A stretch of DNA of 64,000 nt, taken from a virus. Lineage: Duplodnaviria > Heunggongvirae > Uroviricota > Caudoviricetes. Under the pieces are notes generated by a model. It was given only the letters and a program-made list of their open reading frames with translations. It was not told the DNA's origin and searched no databases. The stretch covers positions 166,524 through 230,523 of IMG/VR virus record IMGVR_UViG_3300028797_000094. One strand, 5' to 3'. Shown in pieces: positions 10,616 to 20,360 of this stretch (position 1 is the stretch's first letter; the number at the start of each line of letters is the position of its first letter). The translations under genes were made by a program, and so were the position numbers.

Positions 10616-12625
10616 TTATTTAATTTCTATATAAGTATTAGGTTTTGTCTTAATTGCGACTACACCGCCGGCAGTTCGACCTTTTGTAATAAAATCTTTA
10701 ACATTAATAAGTTTATTTTTCTTATTGTAAACTGCTTTAATACTTGTTTCATCGTCAACATTTTCACAATAGATAATTTCATCTTTATCATTTACTTTCA
10801 TCACAGGTGCACCTGCAAGTTTTGTTAAACCAAATACAATATTTGCTTCAATTTTCTTTGCAAGACCACATTTTGTAATAAAGAATAAATAATCTTTATC
10901 TTCAAGTCCTGTGAAAATATTTATAATCTTTTCGTTCTTTTCTAAACAATTAAATAAAGTTCCTGATAGATTTTGTTTTACATTTGTATTTAATGTTTTT
11001 TCTTCACATTTATACATTGTGCCTTTATTTGAAATTAAAACAAATCTATCTTTTTTATTTATTTCAATAAACTTAATATCAGTATTATTTAATTTATTTC
11101 TATTAAAGATTTGAGAAGAAATTTTTCTAATTTTGCCTTCATTATCAAGAATAATAATAAATTTTTCTTCTTGTTTTTCTTGTTTTAATGTTTGTTTTTC
11201 TTCTTCTAAGTCAACATCAATAACTTCTGTTCTACGTTCCCAGCCAAACTTTTTAGCAAAATCATTTAATCTTTTTAAGAATTCTTTTTGTTGTAATTCT
11301 TCTGAACTTAAAATTAATTTGCAGTTAATAATTAAGTTATTTAAATCTTTTTGTTCATTAACTAATTCTTGTTGCTCAAGATTTGCAAGTTTTCCAAGTC
11401 TCATATCAATAATTGCTTTAGCTTGGTTTTCTGTAAAAGTAAACTTAGAAATTAATTTTTCTTTTGCAAGCTCAGCAGATTTAGAAGATTTAATTACTTT
11501 AATAACATCATCAATAATAGACAAAGCAGTAAGCAAACCATTAACAATTTCAAGTCTGTTTTCAGCTTTTTCTTTATCAAAAGTATATTCACGAACTAAA
11601 CATTTAATATTATGTTCAACATAAACTTTAATATAATCTTGCAAAGTTAACATTTGTGGAACACCATCAACAAGTGCCATTTGATTTGCATTAAAAACTA
11701 CTTGTAAATCAGTTAATTTGTATAATTTACTTAAAACTAATTTAGGTTCAACTGAACATTCTATCTCAATAAATAAACCATTATCATCAGATTTATTGCA
11801 AATATCTTCAATACCTGTTAAAGTTCCAGCATTAACTAAATCTTTAATTTTTTGAATAAAAGGTTCGGCATAAACTTGATAAGGAAGCTCATAAATGTTA
11901 ATATATTTGCCTAAAATTTCAGTTTTTCCTCTTAAAATTACTTTACCACGACCTGTTTTATAGATTTCAGACAGGTCTTTTTTATTTATAATGATACCAC
12001 CAGTTGGAAAATCAGGATAAATATCAGTGAAAGTAATTTTCTTTTTAGAAATATATTGTTTAACTTTACTTACAAACTCATTTAAGTTGCCAGGTTCCCA
12101 TTCTTGTGCAATAGTATAACCAATTCCTTGACTACCATTAACAAATAATCTTGGAAAAATAGCAGGAAATACTGACGGCCATTCGTCATCTTCTGAAAAA
12201 TTAGGAATCATATCAATTACATTTTTCTTTATGTTTTTAAATAAGCCATCTTCTGCAGCTTTTGATAGACGACATTCAGTATATCTCGAACTTGCTGCTT
12301 CTGGCCCACCTAAAAGTGAACCATTTGCGCCGTGAAAGTCAACTTCAGGAATATTATTTAGCCATTCTTGTGACATACGAACAAGTGCTTCATATGCAGA
12401 ACTATCACCATGTGGCCATAATTCACCAATAACAGCACCTGTAATTTTTGCAGACTTTACATGTGGCTTATCAGCGGTAAATCCTTTTCTAAACATTGTA
12501 TATAGAGCAGCTCTTTGTGCCGGCTTTAATCCATCACGAGCATCTGGAAAGGCACGATTATTATTAACTTCTTGAGCATAAACAAGAAAATCTGTTTTTA
12601 ATTCGTCTAAAATGTTAATTGACAT
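10616..12625 (-). CDS. Type IIA DNA topoisomerase subunit A (GyrA/ParC family)
   Basis: RAFPDARDGLKP, WPHGDSSAY, catalytic AASSRYTE and PDFPTGG motifs; short C-terminal domain. All Trp are TGG. Confidence 0.95.
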   Translation of the reverse strand: MSINILDELKTDFLVYAQEVNNNRAFPDARDGLKPAQRAALYTMFRKGFTADKPHVKSAKITGAVIGELWPHGDSSAYEALVRMSQEWLNNIPEVDFHGANGSLLGGPEAASSRYTECRLSKAAEDGLFKNIKKNVIDMIPNFSEDDEWPSVFPAIFPRLFVNGSQGIGYTIAQEWEPGNLNEFVSKVKQYISKKKITFTDIYPDFPTGGIIINKKDLSEIYKTGRGKVILRGKTEILGKYINIYELPYQVYAEPFIQKIKDLVNAGTLTGIEDICNKSDDNGLFIEIECSVEPKLVLSKLYKLTDLQVVFNANQMALVDGVPQMLTLQDYIKVYVEHNIKCLVREYTFDKEKAENRLEIVNGLLTALSIIDDVIKVIKSSKSAELAKEKLISKFTFTENQAKAIIDMRLGKLANLEQQELVNEQKDLNNLIINCKLILSSEELQQKEFLKRLNDFAKKFGWERRTEVIDVDLEEEKQTLKQEKQEEKFIIILDNEGKIRKISSQIFNRNKLNNTDIKFIEINKKDRFVLISNKGTMYKCEEKTLNTNVKQNLSGTLFNCLEKNEKIINIFTGLEDKDYLFFITKCGLAKKIEANIVFGLTKLAGAPVMKVNDKDEIIYCENVDDETSIKAVYNKKNKLINVKDFITKGRTAGGVVAIKTKPNTYIEIK

Positions 12626-12640
12626 TATTTCCTCCTGTAA

Positions 12641-13396
12641 TTATACTTGTATATTAGGTCATTCATGGCCTAATCAAACATTTCTAAAAGTACTTTTTTT
12701 CAGTCCTATTTGTCTATAAAAAGTCTCATAAACTGTTTGTCAGTTTTCGCCATTTTTTCGTCTCAATCTTATATCTTTTACCATACTTTCATCTAAAATG
12801 GCTCTACCATTCTTAGAACCTTTACAGCCAGTATTATTTTTATGAAAGTTTTTATTTTCTTCTGTATAAACTTCTGGCATTATGTCGCTTCAAGTATGAC
12901 CTTGTCAAATTTTTTTAAAGCCAGATGGACCTATTTTATCTTTATATAGTTCTTCTACCTCATAACGACGCTCATGATTAGCATATCTTGTTCTAATATC
13001 AATAATATCTTCTATAGTTAATTTATGATTTGGATGTTTATCATCTCCGCTAAAACCATCATTATCACCACCATCAGTAATATTATAACCGATATCTCTG
13101 TTTTGGGTATTAAGTTTAGTAATTCAATATTTTTCAAATAAGCCTAAATCTTTTTTATCACATATTTCTATGATAGTAAATTCAAAATTTTCAACACCAT
13201 ATAATTGAAATGCTTTGTATAACGGCTTATTTGGTTCTTTCTTTCAAGAAGACTCTGAACAATGTTGTGCTCATCTTTTTTTAATATTAGTAGATCTGCC
13301 AATATAAAGTTTATTATTTACTAAATTTTTAATTTGGTAAATACCGCAAATTGCTTCTTCTCTAGCATAAGCTTCATGTAATTCTTTGAATGTCAT
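12641..13396 (-). CDS. Free-standing GIY-YIG homing endonuclease, 251 aa (TGA read as Trp; absent from the ORF track)
   Basis: GIYQIKNLVNNKLYIGRS, KR[TGA]AQH, EKY[TGA]I and GYNITDGG, plus two C-terminal repeats ending I[TGA]xGxT[TGA]-like. AAGGAG RBS; about 8 TGA and no TGG; ends in TAA. Confidence 0.9.
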
Positions 13397-13417
13397 TTTA
13401 AAAATCTCCTTAATAAC

Positions 13418-13435
13418 TACATTTAATTTAGCAGA
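13418..13435 (-). promoter_or_regulatory. Putative late-type promoter motif (TCTGCTAAATTAAATG) ahead of the endonuclease
   Basis: Matches the recurrent GCTAAATT motif about 30 nt upstream of the ATG. Confidence 0.5.
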
Positions 13436-13482
13436 TTTTCGGCTGACCCTTTTAAAAACAGTGTCTAGCTGAACTGACAGTA

Positions 13483-15402
13483 TTATTCAATATTAATAGG
13501 TATACTATTAGCATTTGCTAATAGATAGTCGCGTCTTGAATCTATTTTAGTTCCCATAAATATTTCTAATAAATTATCAGTTTCTTCAATATCATTAATT
13601 AGTAATTGGTGCACAGTACGTGTATCAGGTCTTAATAAATATTGAGCTAATTCTTCACTAGAACTTTCGCCTAAACCTTTGTTTCTATTAATTATAAACT
13701 GTTCTTTATGTGTTTTTTTATAATTATTTAAAGCTTTCTGGTCTACTAAATATATATATTCATTCTTTTTTGTTGTAATTCTAAATAGAGGTGGAATTGC
13801 TACATAAATATGACCGTTAATTATTAATTCTGGGCATAGCCACCAAAACATATTTATTAATAATAGTCTAATATCATAGCCATCAGCATCAGCATCAGCT
13901 GCTAAAATAATTTTACCATATCTTAATTTCTTTTCATCATAAATAAGCTTACCTGTTGTTTTATCAATGTCTAACCCAATAGCTTTTACAATATTAGAAA
14001 TTTCTTGATTACCATAAATTTTTTCTACTGCAGCTTTTCTGCAAGACAATACTTTACCTCTAATTGGAAATACCGCTTGAGTTTTACCATCACGCTTAGC
14101 AATAAGACCATTAGCAGCACTATCTCCTTCTGTAATAAATAATTCACATTCATTACGATTTTTAGAATAAGCATCAACTAATTTTGTTGGAAGTGATATA
14201 AATTTTTTATTTTTAGCACCAGTATTTCTGATATTATCTTTGGCTTTTTGTGCGGCTTCACGAGCTTTTCTTGCAGTTAAAGCTTTATTAACAATAGTTT
14301 TAACATCTTTTGGATTATTGTTTAGCCAATCAACAAATTCATTATTAATAACATCATTAATTAAAGTTTTATCTAAGTCAACAATTCTAACTTTTGTTTG
14401 TGAATCATACTTAACATTCTTAGCTTTAACATTAAATGCAAGTACTAAGCCTTCAGAAAGCTCAACTTGAGTTAATGGATCATCATTTTTCTTTAATAGA
14501 CCATTTGCAGAAGCATATCTATTAATTTGACGAGTTAGACCATACTTAACTGCTGCAATATGAGCTCCGGCTTCAGTTAAACCATAATTAACATATGGAA
14601 TAATTGTTTCAGAATAGTCTGAAGTATAAGTCATTGCAATATCAATAAGTTCATTTTCTGTAGATTTCTTAGCAGTAAATCTTTTATTTAAAATTTCTTT
14701 CTTAGAAACTTTCTTATCAAATAAATCTGCAAGTCCATTTTTAGAATGATAAACAAACGTATCATAATTTACAATAAAATTAATAGTTAACTCAGGGCAA
14801 AGAGCAGCAATATCTTCAAAAAGTTTCTTTAATTCATTGATATTTACTCTATAATTTTGAAAGAATTGAGGGTCTGGTTCCCAAATAACTAAAGTTCCTG
14901 AGCCTTCATTATAAGTATCTTTGCCTGTTTCACGAGATTTAAAAATACCATCTTCAAATATTAATTCTTCAAAATTTTTACCGTCAGATGAACGAACTAA
15001 TAATTTTGTAGAAAGGAAATTTGTAAGCTTAGCTCCAATACCATTTAGACCAAGGCTTGCACCGCCATAAACTCCGTCATCATCATACTTACCAGAAGTA
15101 TTAAAACGGTCAAATGCAGCTTGCAAAATAGTTTCGCCATCTTTATCTACATTGATAGGAAAACCTTGTCCATGATCTTGAACAGAACAGTTGCAAACTC
15201 CGTTTTCTTCACAGATACTTACATCTATTTCTTTACCATGACCAATTATATGCTCATCTAAAGCATTAGCAAAAACTTCTTTAACTAATTGAGTAGAATA
15301 CTCATTAGAGCCAAGATAAGTTGCTGGACGAAGCCTAGTAAAGTCTCTTGGACTTAAAGTTTTTATACTATCTTCGGTATATAAAGTTTTGTCTTTCTTC
15401 AT
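13483..15402 (-). CDS. Type IIA DNA topoisomerase subunit B (GyrB/ParE family)
   Basis: RLRPATYLGS, EVFANALDE, GLNGIGAK, EGDSA, PIRGK and ADADADG motifs. Start placed at MKKDK after a GGAGG RBS. Confidence 0.95.
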   Translation of the reverse strand: MKKDKTLYTEDSIKTLSPRDFTRLRPATYLGSNEYSTQLVKEVFANALDEHIIGHGKEIDVSICEENGVCNCSVQDHGQGFPINVDKDGETILQAAFDRFNTSGKYDDDGVYGGASLGLNGIGAKLTNFLSTKLLVRSSDGKNFEELIFEDGIFKSRETGKDTYNEGSGTLVIWEPDPQFFQNYRVNINELKKLFEDIAALCPELTINFIVNYDTFVYHSKNGLADLFDKKVSKKEILNKRFTAKKSTENELIDIAMTYTSDYSETIIPYVNYGLTEAGAHIAAVKYGLTRQINRYASANGLLKKNDDPLTQVELSEGLVLAFNVKAKNVKYDSQTKVRIVDLDKTLINDVINNEFVDWLNNNPKDVKTIVNKALTARKAREAAQKAKDNIRNTGAKNKKFISLPTKLVDAYSKNRNECELFITEGDSAANGLIAKRDGKTQAVFPIRGKVLSCRKAAVEKIYGNQEISNIVKAIGLDIDKTTGKLIYDEKKLRYGKIILAADADADGYDIRLLLINMFWWLCPELIINGHIYVAIPPLFRITTKKNEYIYLVDQKALNNYKKTHKEQFIINRNKGLGESSSEELAQYLLRPDTRTVHQLLINDIEETDNLLEIFMGTKIDSRRDYLLANANSIPINIE

Positions 15403-15425
15403 AGATACCTCCATCTATTCATATT

Positions 15426-15577
15426 ATTATACAATAAATTTAAATATTTTTTCAGAAAAATTTTTTAAACAAAAATATTGTATAATATATTAGTATAATA
15501 ATAAATATATAATATAAATCTATAATTATAAATATTTTAATTTATTTAGTATTTTTTAGTATTTATTATTGTATAAT
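15426..15577. promoter_or_regulatory. Divergent promoter region with three TTGTATAAT copies (15426-15434 minus; 15478 and 15569 plus)
   Basis: Perfect TATAAT boxes in an extremely AT-rich intergenic gap between divergent operons. Confidence 0.75.
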
Positions 15578-15607
15578 AATTTAGAAACAATTTTAGAGGA
15601 GATATTT

Positions 15608-15838
15608 ATGGAAAGAATTTTAACTGTTCAATTTAAACAAGAAGATGTTGAAACTTTAAAGGCTGCTGCAAATCTTTTATTAGATTTAGAAGATGCTAAT
15701 CAAAGTAAAGGAAATGCTAAGTTAAAAGTTGATGGAATTGATTTAGAATTATTAGTAAAATTATTAGAAAGCTTTAAAGCAACTGCTGATAGTGTTGAAA
15801 AAGGTTTAGATATATCTACATTTAGTGAGGCACAATAA
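15608..15838 (+). CDS. Hypothetical protein
   Basis: GAGGAG RBS. The TTG start in the track is part of the promoter motif. Confidence 0.6.
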   Translation: MERILTVQFKQEDVETLKAAANLLLDLEDANQSKGNAKLKVDGIDLELLVKLLESFKATADSVEKGLDISTFSEAQ

Positions 15839-16155
15839 TGAGTGAAGATACAAGAACTAAAACAGAACAAGATATTGAAATGGAAAAGAATTCTACTGCT
15901 ACAACAAATGAATTAAGTTCTAATGAGCCAGTAGAAGCAGTTCCAAAGCCTGTTAAAAAATATAGAAAGCAAAGAACTAAGTTAACTACAAGTAATGTCA
16001 GTGAAGAAGCTGTTGGCCAAGCATATGTTGATGGCAAAATAACTTCTAAAGAATGGTCTTTGATGTCGCCTGCTTTAAGAAAAGTATGCGAACGTTATGC
16101 TAAGAAACATAAAAGAGCAAAGAAGGCAGAAGTAGTTAAAGTAGCTGAAGACTAG
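15838..16155 (+). CDS. Hypothetical protein with a basic C-terminus
   Basis: Translationally coupled ORF (TAATG overlap). Confidence 0.6.
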   Translation: MSEDTRTKTEQDIEMEKNSTATTNELSSNEPVEAVPKPVKKYRKQRTKLTTSNVSEEAVGQAYVDGKITSKEWSLMSPALRKVCERYAKKHKRAKKAEVVKVAED

Positions 16156-16159
16156 AGCT

Positions 16160-17110
16160 ATGAAAAAATATTTTATTTCAAGCGATATTCATAGTTTCTT
16201 TTCTATATATAATGATGCATTAGAAGAAAACGGCTGAGATATAAATAATCCAGATCATATTCTAATTATTCTTGGCGATATTTTTGACCGTGGTGATGAT
16301 ACTTTAAAAATGTATGAATTTTTAAGATCACTTCCAAAAGAAAGAAGAATTTTAATTAGAGGCAATCATGAATATTTATTAAGGTCTTTAGTAAAAAGAA
16401 AAGATTTTTATGATCATGATATTTCTAATGGAACACTTGTTTCTTTATTACAGTTAAATAACTTTTGGTATGATAACTTTTCTTTAAAATACTTTTTATA
16501 TGCTGAACCAAATGGCTGAGACGATATTAAGAAACGTTTAAAAATAAGTTATGACAGTAAAATAACAAAAGAATGTTTAGATTGGATGTTTGGAGATGAA
16601 TGGGTAGATTATTATGAACTTGGTAATTATATTCTTACTCATGCTTTTATTCCTGTCAATTTAGGAGCAAATCCAGATTTATTTAGACCAATTTATGCAG
16701 ACTTATCTTATTTACCAGACTGGAGACATGCTGATAAAAAAGCTTTTGAAGAAGCAACTTGGGGCTGTCCTTGGAAATTATTTGATGCTGGTTTATTTGA
16801 TGAAGAAATCAAAAATAATAAAATTTTAGTTTGTGGTCATTGACATGCAAGTGATTTTCATTTGCACTATGAAACTAAAGAACATCTTATAGATACAGGT
16901 ATGGGTTGAAAAGAAATTCCAAATTATACACCTTATATTGGAAAAAATTTAATTGCAATTGATGCTTGTACAGTAGTTTCAGGAAAAGTTAATATTATTA
17001 TATTAGAAGAACAAGAAAATAATAATTTTAAACTTATTAATAATAATGTTCAAGAACCAATTATTTATACATCAACAATTAAGGAGAATAAAAATGAGCA
17101 AAGTAATTAA
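16160..17110 (+). CDS. Calcineurin-like metallophosphoesterase, 316 aa (4 TGA read as Trp)
   Basis: SDIHS, GDIFDRG, RGNHE, THAF, VCGH[TGA]H and IAIDAC..SGKVN motifs, all in one frame. Confidence 0.85.
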
Positions 17111-17564
17111 ATGTGATAGTTGCAAACATAATGAAGTTTGTAAATTTAAAGATGAATTTGAAGCTTTAAATAAAAAAATTCAAGAGATGTTTTATGAAAA
17201 ATCTGAACCAAGTCCTTTTGACGTAGAGGCAGCATGTAAATATTTTTCTAAACCAGAATCATATTGGCCAGAAGGTGCTAAAAGATCAAAAGGATTAAGA
17301 GAACCAACAAATGTTCCAAAAGATTTTGATGATTTTAAATGGCCAAATACTATTAAAATAAATGAAGGTTGGGCAGATCTTGACTGTGAAACTTGTCCAA
17401 GTAATCCAAAATTTAATCCACTTGGAATTCAAGTTGGTGACTCACCTTGTACTTGGTGCCCAAAAATGCAACCTAAATGCATAAGTGATTCAACTTTAAC
17501 TACTGCAACTTGTCCAAAAGATATTAAAACAAAATTGACAAGCACAACTACAACAGGAGAATAA
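17094..17564 (+). CDS. Cys-rich hypothetical protein, possibly zinc-binding
   Basis: CDSC..C, CETCP and CTWCP motifs; AAGGAG RBS. Confidence 0.6.
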   Translation: MSKVIKCDSCKHNEVCKFKDEFEALNKKIQEMFYEKSEPSPFDVEAACKYFSKPESYWPEGAKRSKGLREPTNVPKDFDDFKWPNTIKINEGWADLDCETCPSNPKFNPLGIQVGDSPCTWCPKMQPKCISDSTLTTATCPKDIKTKLTSTTTTGE

Positions 17565-17566
17565 TT

Positions 17567-17839
17567 ATGACAGTAATTGGATTTTCAGGACAAATAATTT
17601 TTGCAGATAAACTTTTATATGTAAGCAAAAGATATGTTAAGTTTAAAAATCATCAAAGAAAACCTGTTGATGCTGATGGTAAACCAATGGCAAGAGAATC
17701 ATATACTATTGCTTTTCATTATGATAATGGTGAAACAAGTCAAATCTTTTATGATACTGAAGAAGCAAGAGATGAAGATTATAAAGAGCTTTTATCTAAA
17801 CTTGGTGTAAAGTTAGATACTTATAAAATTACAATTTAG
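17567..17839 (+). CDS. Hypothetical protein
   Basis: AGGAG RBS; continues the operon. Confidence 0.6.
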   Translation: MTVIGFSGQIIFADKLLYVSKRYVKFKNHQRKPVDADGKPMARESYTIAFHYDNGETSQIFYDTEEARDEDYKELLSKLGVKLDTYKITI

Positions 17840-17848
17840 GTAAATTAT

Positions 17849-18157
17849 ATGGAAAGACAAGAATTAATCGATAGAATACAAAAAGTACTTGATAAGACAG
17901 TGCCAAACAGCTGTTATAAAAAAAGAGCTTTTGAAGAATTAGAAGATATTGATAAATATCCAAATACTAAATTTATATTAGATCAATATCCAAATTTTGA
18001 TCATTTAAAAATTTCTTTATCAAGTAATGAAGATGATTTTATTATAGAATTTAGACTTAATTTAGCACTTCTTAAAAATGATACAAGTGCTGTTGAACAA
18101 GTTGCAGATTGGTTATTGCCAATATTAGAACAATATGATTATAAAATTATAGATTAG
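17849..18157 (+). CDS. Hypothetical protein
   Basis: ORF within the operon. Confidence 0.55.
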   Translation: MERQELIDRIQKVLDKTVPNSCYKKRAFEELEDIDKYPNTKFILDQYPNFDHLKISLSSNEDDFIIEFRLNLALLKNDTSAVEQVADWLLPILEQYDYKIID

Positions 18158-18166
18158 AGGGAAATA

Positions 18167-18307
18167 ATGTTAACTGAAGAAGAAAAGAAAGCTATTAAGT
18201 ATTTGTTAGATGTTGCTGAAGAAGAAGCTATTAGAATTGGTGAATATACAAAATATAAAGAAGTCAAAGAAATTTTAAAAAAATTATTATCAAAAAAAGA
18301 AAATTAA
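18167..18307 (+). CDS. Small hypothetical protein (46 aa)
   Basis: GAGGG RBS, ATG to TAA, fills the gap in the operon. Confidence 0.45.
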   Translation: MLTEEEKKAIKYLLDVAEEEAIRIGEYTKYKEVKEILKKLLSKKEN

Positions 18308-18341
18308 TTGTATAATATAATAAGAAAGGATGTGAACCAAA

Positions 18342-19058
18342 ATGTCAAAAGTTTTATATGATATTTTTGAAAAAACTTGGAAAAGAACAGACAGTTCAAG
18401 CATCTGGTTATACTCTGATCCACATTTTGGTGAACCAGACTTATTCGAAATTCGTGGAGATATGACACCAGATGAACAAGTAAGAAGAATTAATAGTAAA
18501 GTTGGAAAATATGATACTATTATTTTCTTAGGTGATATTGGTGATATCGAATATATTAAAAAAATTCGTGGTTATAAAGTTTTAATTTTAGGAAACCACG
18601 ATAAAGGTAAATCTAACTATGAACGTGTTAGAGAAGAAATAAAATGCTTTGATAGTTCAAAATTAACACTTGCTAATGTTGTTTTTGGTGATTTACAAAA
18701 AGGTTTTTCAACTAGAATTGAAGATAACAAGTTATTTGATGAAGTTTATGACGGTGAATTAACTATTTCTAACAAAATAAGATTAACTCATATTCCAGAA
18801 ATTTCACCATATGTTTTAAATATTCATGGTCATTGTCATCCATATGAAAAATTAGATTTTACTGGTTTATCTTATGATGCAATTATAAAAAGACATTTAG
18901 AAAGAACAATTGCTGCTGGAATTCCAGAATTAAACTTATGTTGTGAATATACAAATTTTTATCCAATTAACTTAAATGCTATTGTTAAATCTGGTATTTT
19001 AAAATTAGTAAAAGACCCAGTAAGAGATTTAATTGATAGTAAAGATTTAAAAAAATAA
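18342..19058 (+). CDS. Calcineurin-like phosphoesterase (phage type)
   Basis: SDPHFG, LGDIG, LGNHD, THIP and IHGHCH motifs; TTGTATAAT at 18308. Confidence 0.85.
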   Translation: MSKVLYDIFEKTWKRTDSSSIWLYSDPHFGEPDLFEIRGDMTPDEQVRRINSKVGKYDTIIFLGDIGDIEYIKKIRGYKVLILGNHDKGKSNYERVREEIKCFDSSKLTLANVVFGDLQKGFSTRIEDNKLFDEVYDGELTISNKIRLTHIPEISPYVLNIHGHCHPYEKLDFTGLSYDAIIKRHLERTIAAGIPELNLCCEYTNFYPINLNAIVKSGILKLVKDPVRDLIDSKDLKK

Positions 19059-19129
19059 AGCTGATAATTTAAAATTATCGGCTTTTTTATTGTATAATAA
19101 TATGTATGAAATATAAAAAGGAGTCAAAA

Positions 19130-19549
19130 ATGAAATTAACTCTTAATGATTTAAAACGAGATTATGATGACAGATTAGATTATGTTAAACGAATGATTAA
19201 GTCTGATCCAAGTAGAAAAGGTTATTGGAAAGCATTTTTACATGGTGTTTATGCTGCAATTGATAGTACAATGCAAACTTATTTAGCTTATGAAGATTTT
19301 CCAAAAATGAAGCAAGTTAAATCAAAACATGTAAAAGGTAATAAATATTTTTCTAAAGTTGGTGAGATAGAAATATTTGGTAAAACATATGATGTTTATT
19401 TAGATGACTATGGCCAATGTTATAGTTTAGAATTAGAAAAAGATAAATTTATTGGTCTTGGAACTTATAATATTTTAGTTGAACCAGACATTGTTTATTT
19501 AGTTTTTCAAAAAATACATGATAAAAATTTAGATGAATTAGGTGATTAA
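19130..19549 (+). CDS. Hypothetical protein
   Basis: AAGGAG RBS; terminator at about 19059-19088 and TTGTATAAT at 19090 lie upstream. Confidence 0.6.
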   Translation: MKLTLNDLKRDYDDRLDYVKRMIKSDPSRKGYWKAFLHGVYAAIDSTMQTYLAYEDFPKMKQVKSKHVKGNKYFSKVGEIEIFGKTYDVYLDDYGQCYSLELEKDKFIGLGTYNILVEPDIVYLVFQKIHDKNLDELGD

Positions 19550-19551
19550 TA

Positions 19552-19875
19552 ATGAAAACAACAGATTTTAATAAAATAGTTGATGAAACTTTAGAATTGT
19601 GTAAAAAAACTCTGACAGTTAAGCAAAATGAATATAATCTTGATGCAGACAGATTATCATTCTTTAAAGAAGGCAATGAGTTAACAAAATTAACTCCAGA
19701 AAGAACTTTATATATGTTTATGTTCAAGCATATTAAGAGTTTAGCTGATATGGTTGCAAGTGAAAAGAAATATTCTAAAGAACTTTGGGAAGAAAAGATT
19801 AAAGATAATATTAATTACTTATTATTATTGCGTGCATTATTAGAAGATGATAATATGTTTGAGGAGAAAAAATAA
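19552..19875 (+). CDS. Small helical protein resembling nucleotide-modification-associated (DUF1599/MazG-like) domains
   Basis: KQNEY..D.L..F, KHIKSL and EKIKDNINYLLLL pattern. Confidence 0.45.
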   Translation: MKTTDFNKIVDETLELCKKTLTVKQNEYNLDADRLSFFKEGNELTKLTPERTLYMFMFKHIKSLADMVASEKKYSKELWEEKIKDNINYLLLLRALLEDDNMFEEKK

Positions 19876-20360
19876 TGAGTAAAGCTTATACAGAATATAT
19901 TACAGAACACAGAGAAAACGTTAGAAAAGCTTATGAATGGCTAAAGAAACATAAAATTATTAAAGGCAATTTTGAAAAACAAATTATGCAACATGATGCA
20001 TCAAAGTATTCAGATGAAGAATATGATGCCTATGATAAATATTTTTATGGTAAAGAAAAGACTGAAAAAGTTGAATCAGATTTTAATTATGCTTGGCTTC
20101 ATCATATACATGAAAATCCACATCATTGGCAATATTGGGTTTTAAAACATGATGATGAACCAGAAGAAGCATTGGAAATGCCTTATGAATATGTGGTTGA
20201 AATGATTTGTGATTGGTGGTCATTTAGTCATAAAATAAATAAATTAGATGAAATCTTTAGTTGGTATAATCAACATAAAGATATGGTTTTACACGCAAAT
20301 ACAAGAAAATTAGTTGAAGATATACTAGAAGATATTAGAAAGGAACTTGATAATGAGTAG
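19875..20360 (+). CDS. DUF5662-like HD-type protein (paralogue 1)
   Basis: HDASK, HHIHENPHHWQYW and MPYEYVVEMICDW motifs. Confidence 0.65.
   Translation: MSKAYTEYITEHRENVRKAYEWLKKHKIIKGNFEKQIMQHDASKYSDEEYDAYDKYFYGKEKTEKVESDFNYAWLHHIHENPHHWQYWVLKHDDEPEEALEMPYEYVVEMICDWWSFSHKINKLDEIFSWYNQHKDMVLHANTRKLVEDILEDIRKELDNE

Noticed and set aside
12626-13482. Group I intron interrupting a single topoisomerase gene
   Set aside because: Both subunits have their own RBS, start and stop, and the gap is filled by the endonuclease ORF with no room for an intron core.
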